The notes: generated by a model from the sequence alone, not told the origin. Positions 17,167 through 26,694 are shown, counted from the stretch's first letter. The stretch is DNA of 64,000 bases from an uncultured Bacilli bacterium (GCA_944358895.1 CALVSB010000006.1:8573-72572); one strand, 5' to 3'. Made by a program: numbers and translations.

Positions 17167-17174
17167 TGTATAAT
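17167..17174 (+). promoter_or_regulatory. Extended -10 box TGTATAAT, 9 nt upstream of ATG 17184 (leaderless-type arrangement)
   Basis: TGTATAAT-GGCCCTAGC-ATG with no Shine-Dalgarno in between. Confidence 0.45.
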
Positions 17175-17183
17175 GGCCCTAGC

Positions 17184-18314
17184 ATGAAGAAAGCTCTTTT
17201 GATTTTGACGCTCGAAAGCCCGGTTGCCGTGAGCAATGCCGCCCTTTACGGAGCCATCCTCGAAGCCCGGAAATCTTCCTTTATCGAGGGGATTTACGGG
17301 GCAAAACGCGGTTTGGAAGGCCTTTTGAACGACGACATCGTCGACCTTGAGAAGGAAGAAAAGGAAGAAATCGAGAAGCTTCCCTTTCTCCCGGGCTCGG
17401 TTCTCGGAACCTCCTCGATCACCCTTTCCTACAACGACTGCACCGGCGAGATGGCAGCCATTAAAAAGGTCATCGACCGCCTGAATGTCGGCTACTTCCT
17501 CCTCCTCGGGGGCCTCAAGACGGCCGAGCTGGCTCTTTCCTTATCGACGTCCTTCCTCCTCGGGGGAATCGAGGCCTCGGTCCTTTCCCTGCCGCTCAGC
17601 GAGGAAAACGCGGTTCCGATGAGCGACCACTCCCTTGGCTATCCCTCGGCCGCGATGCGCCTCCTTTCGAGCGTCCGCTCGGTCGTCGACGTCGCGCACT
17701 CCATTTCTACGAAGAAGATCTACCTCCTCTCCGTCGAAGGCACGTATAGCGGCTATCTTTCTTCCTCGGCTTTCCTTCTGCCCGAAGCGGCCCGTCCTGA
17801 CCTCATCTACCCCCTCGAAAGCGAAGCCTCGGGCGAAGAAGTCCTCTCCGCCGTCAAGGAAACGCTTGCTTCGAAAGGGCAGGCCATCGTCTTGGCCGAC
17901 CGCGGCTTCCTCGACCGGGTCCATCTCGATGATCTTCCCTTCGAGGCCCCTCTCGAGACGATTCCCCTTTCCTATTTCCACCGGGTCGGCCCGGAGGGCC
18001 TATCCTCCCTCGACGTCTGGGAGGCCGAGTCGGCCGCCCGGCTGGCCGTCCTTTCCTTCAAGAACGGGGAAAGCGGCAAGATGGCCTCGATCGTCCGGGA
18101 AAAGGATGCCCCTTACGAATCGAGCCTGACCCTTGTCCCGCTCGGGCAAGCGGTGGGCACGAGGCGGCCTTTCCCCAAGGAGTGGATCCTTTCCCCGAGC
18201 GAAGGAAGCGACGAGCTCCGCGCCTATCTTTCGCCCCTCGTCTCGGGCGAAGCCAGCGCCCCGTCGACCCTTCCGCTCAAGGCGGCCCCCAACCTTCTTT
18301 ATAAGAAGGTCTAG
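17184..18314 (+). CDS. 6-phosphofructokinase-family protein with degenerate catalytic motifs
   Basis: Collinear with PfkA, but SGGDAPGMN is LESPVAVSN, GGDGS is GGLKT, TIDND is SEENA and MGR is EGT. Confidence 0.7.
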   Translation: MKKALLILTLESPVAVSNAALYGAILEARKSSFIEGIYGAKRGLEGLLNDDIVDLEKEEKEEIEKLPFLPGSVLGTSSITLSYNDCTGEMAAIKKVIDRLNVGYFLLLGGLKTAELALSLSTSFLLGGIEASVLSLPLSEENAVPMSDHSLGYPSAAMRLLSSVRSVVDVAHSISTKKIYLLSVEGTYSGYLSSSAFLLPEAARPDLIYPLESEASGEEVLSAVKETLASKGQAIVLADRGFLDRVHLDDLPFEAPLETIPLSYFHRVGPEGLSSLDVWEAESAARLAVLSFKNGESGKMASIVREKDAPYESSLTLVPLGQAVGTRRPFPKEWILSPSEGSDELRAYLSPLVSGEASAPSTLPLKAAPNLLYKKV

Positions 18315-18350
18315 TTTGCCTATAATGGCAACGCAAAGGAGCAAAGAAAC

Positions 18351-19055
18351 ATGTTACTAGTACTCTGCCGGCACGGGCAAAGCGAGTGGAACCTCAAGAA
18401 CCTGTTCACTGGCTGGACCGACGTCGACCTCTCCGAAAAAGGCGTCGAGGAAGCTAGGGAAGCGGGCAAGGCCCTCAAGGCCAACGGCTTCAGCTTCGAT
18501 GTCGCCTACAGCTCGGTCCTCAAGCGGGCCAACCGCACGATGGATCTCATTCTCGAGGAACTCGGGGAAGAAAACATCGAGAAGCACTATTCCTGGCGGC
18601 TCAACGAGCGCCACTACGGCGCCCTCCAGGGCCTCAACAAGGCCGATAGTGCCAAGAAGTGGGGCGACGAGCAAGTCCACGTCTGGCGCCGCAGCGCCAA
18701 CGTACCGCCGCCTGCCCTCACGAAGGACGATCCGCGGTTCCCGGGCAACGACCCGAAGTACCAAGCCCTCGTCAAGAGCGGCGAGATGAGCGAAGAAGAC
18801 CTCCCGCTCACCGAGTGCCTCGTCGACACCGCCAAGCGCGTCAAGCCGTACTTCGTCGGCACCATCCTCCCGGCTCTCGAAAGCGGGAAGAAGGTTCTCA
18901 TCGCCGCCCACGGCAACAGCCTCCGGGCCCTCGTCATGGAACTCGAGCACCTCACGGCCGACGAAATCGTCTCCGTCGAAATCCCGACCGGGAAGCCTCT
19001 CGTCTACGCACTCGACGACAAGACCCTCGCGGTCAAGAAGAAGTACTATCTCTAA
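18351..19055 (+). CDS. gpmA: 2,3-bisphosphoglycerate-dependent phosphoglycerate mutase
   Basis: [29 protein letters not shown] with the catalytic RHG motif, full-length family match, AAGGAG SD. Confidence 0.95.
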   Translation: MLLVLCRHGQSEWNLKNLFTGWTDVDLSEKGVEEAREAGKALKANGFSFDVAYSSVLKRANRTMDLILEELGEENIEKHYSWRLNERHYGALQGLNKADSAKKWGDEQVHVWRRSANVPPPALTKDDPRFPGNDPKYQALVKSGEMSEEDLPLTECLVDTAKRVKPYFVGTILPALESGKKVLIAAHGNSLRALVMELEHLTADEIVSVEIPTGKPLVYALDDKTLAVKKKYYL

Positions 19056-19067
19056 AGAGGAGCCAAA

Positions 19068-19094
19068 GAAGGGACCCTTCGGGGTCCTTTTTTT
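19068..19094 (+). terminator. Rho-independent terminator after gpmA
   Basis: GGACCC-TTCG-GGGTCC stem-loop followed by T8. Confidence 0.85.
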
Positions 19095-19241
19095 TCGTCG
19101 GTCTCCTGTTCGAAAGGCCATAAGTAGAAAGCCCGGAAGGCAAGATTCCATGCGGACAATGGCTTTCTGCGCGCGATTTTCGGTTTGCGAACGCCCTTTC
19201 TTTGCCCTAATCTAGGCTTGCATAAACAAGGAGGCTTTCTC

Positions 19242-20294
19242 ATGGCCCGTAAACCTATCGTTGCCCTTATCGCCTCGGCCGCGTTGCTCGCTTCGTGCGG
19301 ACATACGGCGGTGGAATCTTCATCCTCGACCCCGGCGGAAGAGTCGTCTTCCTCTTCCAGCGTCGTCAAGACGCCGGAACAGCAGTTCCAGACCGAGATT
19401 ACCAAAGGCCTCGTCAAGTTCGCCGCGGCCGAGCGGATCCAACTCAACGTCGATCTTGCCCTCTCGGGCAGCGTGACGATGGTGAACTACGCCCTCGACG
19501 AAGACAAGTCGACCGCGGAAGTTCCTGTTTATACCGATCAGATTGCCTCGACCACGGAGATTGACATCAACGAGCTGACGATCGACGGCGACCTCATTGC
19601 CGAGAACATCCAAGGCGACGACGGCGACTTCCGCCTCGGGGCCACCTCGACCGGGGTCCTCGACCTATCGATCCCGATGGGCGACTCGGCGATGGCCATC
19701 AAGGATGACCACCTCGATTTCTCGGCTTACGTTCTTGACGACAAGGTCTACATCGATGCCTCGGGCATTCTCGAGTCCTACATGCCGATCGTAATGATGC
19801 TTCTCCAGCAGCAGGGACTGACCAATCTCCCGCCGCTGACGACTCCTTTCTATATCCAAAGCGACGCCACGACGATGACGGGCATCAAGGAAGGCTTCCT
19901 CACCTACGGCCGGACCCTCTTCACCAACTTCACCGAGGCCTTCGGCGAGCCCGAGTACAGCAACCAGAACCACACGGCCAGCATCGAACTCACGACGCCG
20001 GCTCTCGAAACTCTCCTTCAGGGACTAGATCCGGCTGCTGCCGCCTCCCTTGAAAAGTTGACCTTGGACAACCTCGTTCTCTCCGAGACGTTCACCGATC
20101 CTTCGATGGAATACAGCGTCAACGGCGGAGTGGCCATGGACACGGTCAACCTCGGCAACGGCTCCGGCTTGGCCTTCGACCTCGATCTCGACCTCAAGGT
20201 CGGGATGACTTATAGCGCTCCCGTCCTCAACGTCCCGTCCGACGACGTGCTTGCCACCTATCAGGAATACGTCCCGACCCCGGCGGCGGAATGA
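19242..20294 (+). CDS. Lipoprotein, function unknown (paralog of 20395..21333)
   Basis: Lipobox LASC, Ser-rich linker, AAGGAGG SD. Shares blocks with the next gene, e.g. INELTIDGDL / LNELDATFSL and YVLDDKVYIDAS / YLQDGRMYADLT. Confidence 0.85.
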   Translation: MARKPIVALIASAALLASCGHTAVESSSSTPAEESSSSSSVVKTPEQQFQTEITKGLVKFAAAERIQLNVDLALSGSVTMVNYALDEDKSTAEVPVYTDQIASTTEIDINELTIDGDLIAENIQGDDGDFRLGATSTGVLDLSIPMGDSAMAIKDDHLDFSAYVLDDKVYIDASGILESYMPIVMMLLQQQGLTNLPPLTTPFYIQSDATTMTGIKEGFLTYGRTLFTNFTEAFGEPEYSNQNHTASIELTTPALETLLQGLDPAAAASLEKLTLDNLVLSETFTDPSMEYSVNGGVAMDTVNLGNGSGLAFDLDLDLKVGMTYSAPVLNVPSDDVLATYQEYVPTPAAE

Positions 20295-20394
20295 CCTTAA
20301 CCCCTTGCCCTTCTTCGGAGGGGCTTTTCTTTTAGGCCTCTTCCTCCGCTTTCATTCTTTGTTAAACTAAAACTACCTTCAGGAGGTAAGAATC

Positions 20395-21333
20395 ATGAAA
20401 AAAGCCGCTCTCTTATCGCCCCTCGGCCTCGTCGGCTTGCTCTTCGCTTGCACCCCGAGCCAGGTGACGGTCGCCTTCCCCAGCCAGAAGGGCGAAGCCG
20501 ACTATGCTTCCTTCTCGACCTCGTACGCGGCAGCCAAGGCCACGGCCGAAGCCTCGGATGGCTTCAAGCTCGATGCCAAAGCTACCGGGACGCTTAACTA
20601 TGCAAGTAGCGGCACCAAGCTCGACCTCAACGAACTCGATGCCACCTTCTCCCTCACGGCCGTCGGGCTGAACGAAAAGAAAGTCGATGACCTCGCCCTC
20701 GGCATGACCTCGAAAGGCAAAATCAGGATGGCCGTCGAAGCGGGCTCGGACTCCCTCGACATCGACACCCCGATCGATGCCTCGATTTACCTTCAGGACG
20801 GCCGGATGTACGCCGACCTCACGAAGATCGACTGGGCTTCGATCGCCGGGAATAGCAGCCTCCCGCCCGCCTTGTCCCAAAAGGTCGTGACGACGGCCCT
20901 AACGAGCGACGAGGAAGCGGCCAATATGGTGAGCGAGCTCCGGAGCATGCTGAACGAAGGCTTCTTCAACCTGGGCCCCATGGAGGGCGGAACCTATTAC
21001 GAGTACTCCGACGGATCGGTCGGGCTTGAAATCACCTTGGATAAGGAAAGCCTGGCCATGATCATTGCCATGAATCTTAGCTCTGGTTCGACCATGGAAG
21101 AGACCCAAGCCGCGGCGGATGAAATCGCCAAAAACCTCTCGGTCAGCACTTGCGTCGCCAAGATGGCCTACGGAAACGACGTCGTCCATTCCGCGCTTGA
21201 CATGGACTTCACTTACGGGGCCGAGGGCAACGGAATCAAAGTCGACATGACAGTCGACATCGGAATTGCCTTCTCGGACGAACTCGACGTCTCCTTCCCG
21301 ACCGACCTCGACGCTTACGTCGAAGCCGCCTGA
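20395..21333 (+). CDS. Lipoprotein, function unknown (paralog of 19242..20294)
   Basis: Lipobox LFAC and AGGAGG SD. Confidence 0.85.
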   Translation: MKKAALLSPLGLVGLLFACTPSQVTVAFPSQKGEADYASFSTSYAAAKATAEASDGFKLDAKATGTLNYASSGTKLDLNELDATFSLTAVGLNEKKVDDLALGMTSKGKIRMAVEAGSDSLDIDTPIDASIYLQDGRMYADLTKIDWASIAGNSSLPPALSQKVVTTALTSDEEAANMVSELRSMLNEGFFNLGPMEGGTYYEYSDGSVGLEITLDKESLAMIIAMNLSSGSTMEETQAAADEIAKNLSVSTCVAKMAYGNDVVHSALDMDFTYGAEGNGIKVDMTVDIGIAFSDELDVSFPTDLDAYVEAA

Positions 21334-21341
21334 TTGATTAA

Positions 21342-21380
21342 CAAAAAAAGAAAGTCCATCCTCGCCGGATGGACTTTTCT
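21342..21380. terminator. Bidirectional rho-independent terminator between convergent genes
   Basis: 8-bp stem GTCCATCC/GGATGGAC flanked by an A-run upstream and a T-run downstream. Confidence 0.8.
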
Positions 21381-21385
21381 CATGG

Positions 21386-22627
21386 CTAAAGTTGGTGCCT
21401 GGCGACCGTGTTCACCAGAAGGAGCAAGGCTTGGGCCTCGGGGCTATTGCTGAACAAATCCTTATGGAAGACAGGCTTTTTGCGGTGCTTTTTAGCTCCG
21501 TAGCACGTTAGCAAAAAGCGCTTCATCATCTTTTCCGAGAGCCGGCGGAAGGTGAAGAAATTGCCTTCGTCCTGCGGGGATACCTCGTCTTCGAGGCGGC
21601 CATGGATGAGATAGTCCATCTCGCGGAGGGTGTACTCCTTGAGGGGATCGATCCCCAGGGCCTTGGCGGCCATTTCGGCCGTCTTCATGAGATAGGCCGT
21701 CGCATGGTGCCGCTTGCCAGGATCGAGCCCGAGGGCCGTGGTAATGGCCTCGAAGGAGTAGGGGTCTTTTTTGAAAAGCTGGCGGGCGAAGCGGTCGGCG
21801 ATGTCCTTCTCGCTTTGCTTCACGACGAAGTAGTAGTCGTAGCCTTTGTTGAGCTTCAAGGCTTTCCGGGCATCGAGGTAGCCGAGGGTCATGTTCTCGT
21901 CGAGCCGCTTCCTCGTGAAATCCATGATCGTCCCGATGTCGCGGTTGGGGGCGATGAGGGTCACGTTCGGGAGGCGGGTCAACTCGTAGTTTTGGGGAAT
22001 CTTCGGGATGGCCGGCAGGCAAATGGCGACGATCTCGCTGGCCCCGCGCTTGACCGCGAGGTCGATCGGCAGGTTGTTGGTGAAGCCGCCGTCGACCCAT
22101 TTCTTGCCGTTGTAGGAATGGACGGGGAAAAGCGGGTAGCAGGCCGAGGTGGCTAGGAGCGCTTCCCTGATCTCGTCGGGCGGAAGGCCGTTCAAGGTGA
22201 CGTCGACTTCCTTGAGGGAAGGGTAGGAGGTCACGACGATGTCGATCGGTGTCTTGCAGGCCGAAATCTTCGCATAGTCGATTTCCCGGTCCATCATCTC
22301 CTTGAAAGGCTGGATGTCCGCGCCGCGGTGGGAGATGTAGCTTTTGGCGAAGGCTAGGATCTTGCTCGTTTGGACTTTTCGGGCCTCGTTGAAGAAATTG
22401 GCGGAAAGGGAAAAGCCGTCTTTCATGACGTCGTCGATGTCGACTTGGTCCCAAAGGCGTTGGCACTTGTCGAATTCGTCGAGGGCGACGAAGGCGCCGA
22501 TGAAGGCCCCAATCGAGGTCCCGGCGACATAAGAAAAGCGCTCGCCGGCTTCGCGGAGGGCTTTCCAAGCACCCATTTCGTAGGAGCCAAGAGAGCCACC
22601 ACCGCAGAGGACGAGCGCTTTTTCCAT
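21386..22627 (-). CDS. Patatin-like phospholipase
   Basis: GGGSLGSYEMG oxyanion box, GTSIG nucleophile elbow, DGGFTNNLP catalytic Asp box. Confidence 0.9.
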   Translation of the reverse strand: MEKALVLCGGGSLGSYEMGAWKALREAGERFSYVAGTSIGAFIGAFVALDEFDKCQRLWDQVDIDDVMKDGFSLSANFFNEARKVQTSKILAFAKSYISHRGADIQPFKEMMDREIDYAKISACKTPIDIVVTSYPSLKEVDVTLNGLPPDEIREALLATSACYPLFPVHSYNGKKWVDGGFTNNLPIDLAVKRGASEIVAICLPAIPKIPQNYELTRLPNVTLIAPNRDIGTIMDFTRKRLDENMTLGYLDARKALKLNKGYDYYFVVKQSEKDIADRFARQLFKKDPYSFEAITTALGLDPGKRHHATAYLMKTAEMAAKALGIDPLKEYTLREMDYLIHGRLEDEVSPQDEGNFFTFRRLSEKMMKRFLLTCYGAKKHRKKPVFHKDLFSNSPEAQALLLLVNTVARHQL

Positions 22628-22644
22628 CGCTTTACTTTAACTAA

Positions 22645-23010
22645 TCAGAACTCGCTCTTCCAGAGCCCGTGGAGATTGCAGTATCCATAGGCCGTCCCGT
22701 GCTCGAGGGCCGGGAAGCGGGCTTCCGGCTTTTCGCCCGGGTGGAGATGCTTGACGTAAACGGTGTCGCCCGATTCGATGGCGATCCAGTTGATGAGGTG
22801 GCTCTCGATCATCGGATGCTCGACGGCGCCGACCTTGACGATGAGGGTTTCCCCGTCGCGGATGACTTCCGGAACGTGCTTCTCGGTAGCCGCGTCGACG
22901 CTATTGGCATTGAGGAGCTCCATCTTTTCCCCGCAGCAGACCGGGGTCGGGCCTTTGTCGACGAGGGAGAGAACGACGTTGCCGCAATGTTTGCAGTAAT
23001 AGACTTTCAT
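22645..23010 (-). CDS. dfx: Desulfoferrodoxin (superoxide reductase)
   Basis: N-terminal desulforedoxin cysteines CKHCGN...VCCGEKM, then EKHVPE, HPM, NWI and CNLHGLW neelaredoxin-site blocks. GGAGG SD. Confidence 0.9.
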   Translation of the reverse strand: MKVYYCKHCGNVVLSLVDKGPTPVCCGEKMELLNANSVDAATEKHVPEVIRDGETLIVKVGAVEHPMIESHLINWIAIESGDTVYVKHLHPGEKPEARFPALEHGTAYGYCNLHGLWKSEF

Positions 23011-23076
23011 TTTGTGCTTCCTCCTGAAGTAGTGTCTCCATTATAGAGGGATTGGCCGATTGTTGGCCAAAGACGC

Positions 23077-24267
23077 TCACTCGTCGAAGGGGCGATCCAT
23101 CTTCACCACGAAGTTGACCTTCGGCACGTTGTCCTTGAAAGCCTCCTTCAAGGCTTCGAAGGCCGATTCGAGGGTGACCTTGCTCTCGAAAGGGATGAGG
23201 ATGTCGAAGATCATGTTCATGTGGGTGGGCCCGGAAACGAGACGGAAGTCGTGGAGGGTGACCTTTTCGTCGAGCCCCTTGAGAACCGCGAGGCACTTCT
23301 CCTTGGCTTGGTCGGTCGCTTTGTCACCGATGAGGATCGGGTCCATGTGGATCGAAATCTCGCAGTCGAACTTTTTGCGGATGCCGTCCTCGAGGTTGTC
23401 GATGAGGTCGTGGGCCTCGAGGATATCCATCTTCGCGTCGATCTCGGCGTGGAAGGAAATGAAGGACTTGTTCGGGCCGTAGTTGTGGACGAGGACGTCG
23501 TGGACGCCTTGGATGCCCTTGTGGGTCATCGCGTAGTCGACGACATCTTGGACGAAGCTCTTCTTGGCCGCCTCGCCGAGGAGCGGCTTTGAGGTATCGA
23601 CGATCATCCTGATGCCGGCGATGAGGACGAAGATGCTGACCGCCATGCCGAGGTAGGCATCGAGGAAGCCCCAGTTGAGGGTATAGGTAAGAATGGCCGA
23701 GACGAGGACGGCGGTGGTCGCGAGGCTGTCGGTCAAGGAGTCGACCGAGGTGGCCTTGAGGGCCGGGCTGTCGATGATCTTGCCCATCGTGTAGTTGAAA
23801 TAGCCCTGGAAGAGCTTGAGCAGGATGGCAATCCCGAGGATGACCATCGAGACGATGTCGTAGCTCTGGGTCGTGCCGTCGATGGCTTTCTCAAGCGAGG
23901 ACTTGAAGAGTTCGACGGCCACGAGGACGACGACCATCGAGACGATGAGGCCGGCAATGTATTCGACGCGGCCATGGCCGAAGGGGTGGTCGGCATCGGC
24001 TGGCTTGTTGGAAACCTTGAAGCCGATGAGGGAGACGACGCTCGAAGCCATATCGGTCAAGTTGTTCACCGCGTCGGCGATGAGAGCTACCGAGAAGCCG
24101 CCGGTCGGAAGGGCCAATATGATGGCCGCGGCCGCCTTCAGGACGACGAGGATGAAGTTGGTGACGATGCCGAAGACCGAGGAGAGAATGCCGTGTTCCT
24201 CCCGGACTTTCGGGTCGTGGACGTTTTGATAGTCCTTGATGAACAGTTTTCTTAGAAGCGTAATCAT
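23077..24267 (-). CDS. Cation diffusion facilitator family transporter
   Basis: Six TM segments, ADAVNNLTD and HPFGHGRVEY blocks, C-terminal cytoplasmic domain. Confidence 0.9.
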   Translation of the reverse strand: MITLLRKLFIKDYQNVHDPKVREEHGILSSVFGIVTNFILVVLKAAAAIILALPTGGFSVALIADAVNNLTDMASSVVSLIGFKVSNKPADADHPFGHGRVEYIAGLIVSMVVVLVAVELFKSSLEKAIDGTTQSYDIVSMVILGIAILLKLFQGYFNYTMGKIIDSPALKATSVDSLTDSLATTAVLVSAILTYTLNWGFLDAYLGMAVSIFVLIAGIRMIVDTSKPLLGEAAKKSFVQDVVDYAMTHKGIQGVHDVLVHNYGPNKSFISFHAEIDAKMDILEAHDLIDNLEDGIRKKFDCEISIHMDPILIGDKATDQAKEKCLAVLKGLDEKVTLHDFRLVSGPTHMNMIFDILIPFESKVTLESAFEALKEAFKDNVPKVNFVVKMDRPFDE

Positions 24268-24286
24268 AGCCGCGTAATTATATTCC

Positions 24287-24306
24287 TCTCCTCATAAATG
24301 AGGAGA
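24287..24306. promoter_or_regulatory. Perfect 9-bp inverted repeat TCTCCTCAT-AA-ATGAGGAGA in the CDF / hemolysin-III divergent region (candidate operator)
   Basis: The palindrome lies immediately upstream of a minus-strand TATAAT (24277-24282) that sits 9 nt from the CDF start codon. Confidence 0.4.
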
Positions 24307-24367
24307 AAAGAGTTATCTAGTAATAAAAACTAAATTAACTTGATTAAGTAACTAGAAGGCTTATCAT

Positions 24368-25042
24368 ATGGGCATGACCGTAAGAGAAATCGAACTTCCC
24401 AATTACAGTTTGGCCCAGGAACTGTGGAATGCCATCAGCCACGGTCTTGGAACCCTTATCGCCTTGATCGGCGGGCCCTTTCTCCTCATCAAGTGCGCGG
24501 AGACGGGCGATGCCTGGCGGATCGTTTCCTGTTCGATTTTCCTTTTTGCCATCCTCATCATGTACGTCTTTTCCTGCCTTTACCACGCGATGGGGCGGAA
24601 TGCCGGGAAGAAGGTCCTGCGGGTCATGGACCACGATATGGTCTTCGTCCTCATCATGGGGACCTATACCCCTTACTGCTTGGTTAGCATCCGCGAATAT
24701 TCGCCGGCCTGGGGTTGGTCGATCTGGGGCATCGTGATGACGCTTGGCATCGTCGGAATCGTCCTCAACAGCTGCAACATCAAGAAGTTCGCCATTTTCT
24801 CGATGATCGACTACATCCTGATGGGCTGGGCTTGCGCGATTGCCTTCTACCCTCTCGTCATGGCCCTAGGCTGGTGGCCGGGCACGGCCCTTCTCCTCAT
24901 GGGCGGGATTGCCTATACGGTGGGGGCGGCCCTCTACGGCCTTGGCAAGAAACATTCCCCCTGGTGGCATAGCGTCTTCCATTTCTTCTGCCTGGCCGGA
25001 ACGATCCTGATGTTCATATCCATTTACCTAGCGGTAGCCTGA
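24368..25042 (+). CDS. Hemolysin III / PAQR family membrane protein
   Basis: NAISHGLG, YHAM, MDHDMVF, GTYTPY and HSVFHFF blocks; seven TM segments. Confidence 0.9.
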   Translation: MGMTVREIELPNYSLAQELWNAISHGLGTLIALIGGPFLLIKCAETGDAWRIVSCSIFLFAILIMYVFSCLYHAMGRNAGKKVLRVMDHDMVFVLIMGTYTPYCLVSIREYSPAWGWSIWGIVMTLGIVGIVLNSCNIKKFAIFSMIDYILMGWACAIAFYPLVMALGWWPGTALLLMGGIAYTVGAALYGLGKKHSPWWHSVFHFFCLAGTILMFISIYLAVA

Positions 25043-25058
25043 TGGCACAATCTAGGCC

Positions 25059-26675
25059 GTGAAAAAGTTTGGTCTATGGTCGCTTCTCGTTCTCCCTTTC
25101 CTCGCTTCCTGCGGGCTTGACTTGGGAACGGAAGGCTTTGGCTACCTCGAGGCCGATGCGGCTTTGCCGCAGGCCGCGGAAGTCAATTTGACCTACCACG
25201 ACTTCTTTTACCAGGTCGACGTGGGATCGAGAAAATGCCTGCCCCCGACCGGCGAAAGCCATCTCTTGGTCATTCCGGTTGCCTTCGAGGATTTTCCTTT
25301 CGACCAATACATCGTCCAAGAGCTCGAAGTCGTCTATCAGGCCAAAAACAACAATTATCCATCTGTTTCGTCTTTTTATGAGACTTCTTCCTATGGCCAA
25401 AAACAACTGACGTTTGAAATAGCCCCCGTTTTCGATACCGACCTCACGTTGAAAGAAGCCTTTGACCGAGCAGGGTCGAAGCGTTTATCGTCCTATCTCC
25501 TGCCTTTGGCGGTCAATGCCTACGAAGGCGATCTGACCTCCTTCGATGGCGACCAGGACGGCTATCTCGACGGGGTTGTCCTTGTCTATAGCGCCCCCGA
25601 CTACCAGTCCTACGACTACTCCTCTCTTCTAAGCGAAGATGAGGAGGCTGAGCTTTGGGCCTATACCTACAACCTAAGCGGCCAGCCGGCCAATCACGAA
25701 CGTCCTTCGCCCTTTGCCTATTCCTGGATTTCCTCTTCCTTCATCGGGAAAGGAGCAGCGGGGGGACTATCCTACGACCCTCATACCTTCATTCACGAAA
25801 TGGGACATCTCTTCGGGCTCGACGACTACTATTCGACCGATCGGACCGATCCCTCTTCCTCCGCTCCGGCGAACGAGAAGTACCGCTCGCCCCTCGGGAT
25901 GCTCGACACGATGGACTACGGCCTCCTCGACCACAACGCCTTCAGCAAATGGAGCCTTGGATGGATCAATCCCTACTACGTCGAAGAAGAGACCTTCGGA
26001 GGCAAAGCCTCGATAACCATCGAAGTGAAGGACCTAGTTAATTACGGGGAAGCCATCTGCCTTCCGGCCCGGGGTCATGAATACTTTGGGAATGCTTTTG
26101 GTGAGTATCTTCTCCTCGAACTTTATTCCCCGACGGGTCTCAATGCCTACGATGCCGGGCGGCATTACCAAAGCGGCTACCCCAACGGCTACTCGATGCC
26201 GGGAATCCGCCTTTACCACGTCGATGCCCGGATGTGGGGAAAGGGCCAGGCTTTCGGCAACGCTTACTATGAAGGCAACCCCGCCGACATCAACTGGGGC
26301 CACCTCGGGGCGAACCCCCTCAACGCTTCCTACGATGTCGCCGCCAGCAACACCTACAGTCAGTCTTCCCCGGCTGATCGGCGTTTCAACCTTCTCCATC
26401 TTCTGGAAGCTGATGGAACCTACACCTTCCAAAACGGTGAATTCGAGGAAAAAGGTTATCTTTTCGGGGCTGACAACTCGACTCTTTTCTATCCCGATGC
26501 CTCCCATGGTACCTTCGACATGAAACGTTTCGCCGCTTTCTTCGTCAACGAAGACGACGAGGGTCGAGGCCTCTTCAACGACGGCAGCGCGTTTGGCTAC
26601 GCCATCAGGATCAACGGAATCCGGTCGCTTGAAGAAGGCGGACACGAGGCCTCAATCACCATCTCGCTGGCATAA
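25059..26675 (+). CDS. Lipoprotein zinc metalloprotease (M6/InhA-like HExxH)
   Basis: GTG start, lipobox LASC, FIHEMGHLFGLDDYY zinc-binding block. Confidence 0.75.
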   Translation: MKKFGLWSLLVLPFLASCGLDLGTEGFGYLEADAALPQAAEVNLTYHDFFYQVDVGSRKCLPPTGESHLLVIPVAFEDFPFDQYIVQELEVVYQAKNNNYPSVSSFYETSSYGQKQLTFEIAPVFDTDLTLKEAFDRAGSKRLSSYLLPLAVNAYEGDLTSFDGDQDGYLDGVVLVYSAPDYQSYDYSSLLSEDEEAELWAYTYNLSGQPANHERPSPFAYSWISSSFIGKGAAGGLSYDPHTFIHEMGHLFGLDDYYSTDRTDPSSSAPANEKYRSPLGMLDTMDYGLLDHNAFSKWSLGWINPYYVEEETFGGKASITIEVKDLVNYGEAICLPARGHEYFGNAFGEYLLLELYSPTGLNAYDAGRHYQSGYPNGYSMPGIRLYHVDARMWGKGQAFGNAYYEGNPADINWGHLGANPLNASYDVAASNTYSQSSPADRRFNLLHLLEADGTYTFQNGEFEEKGYLFGADNSTLFYPDASHGTFDMKRFAAFFVNEDDEGRGLFNDGSAFGYAIRINGIRSLEEGGHEASITISLA

Positions 26676-26694
26676 TCGCTATAATTGCATACTC

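Noticed and set aside
19315-19375. Ser/Glu/Thr-rich low-complexity tracts after lipoboxes (also 44610-44690, 59900-60050 and 61735-61900) as slippage-prone phase-variation repeats.
   Set aside because: The underlying DNA is an imperfect mix of TCT/TCC/TCG/GAA/GAG codons with no long perfect tandem or homopolymer repeat. They look like ordinary flexible linkers.
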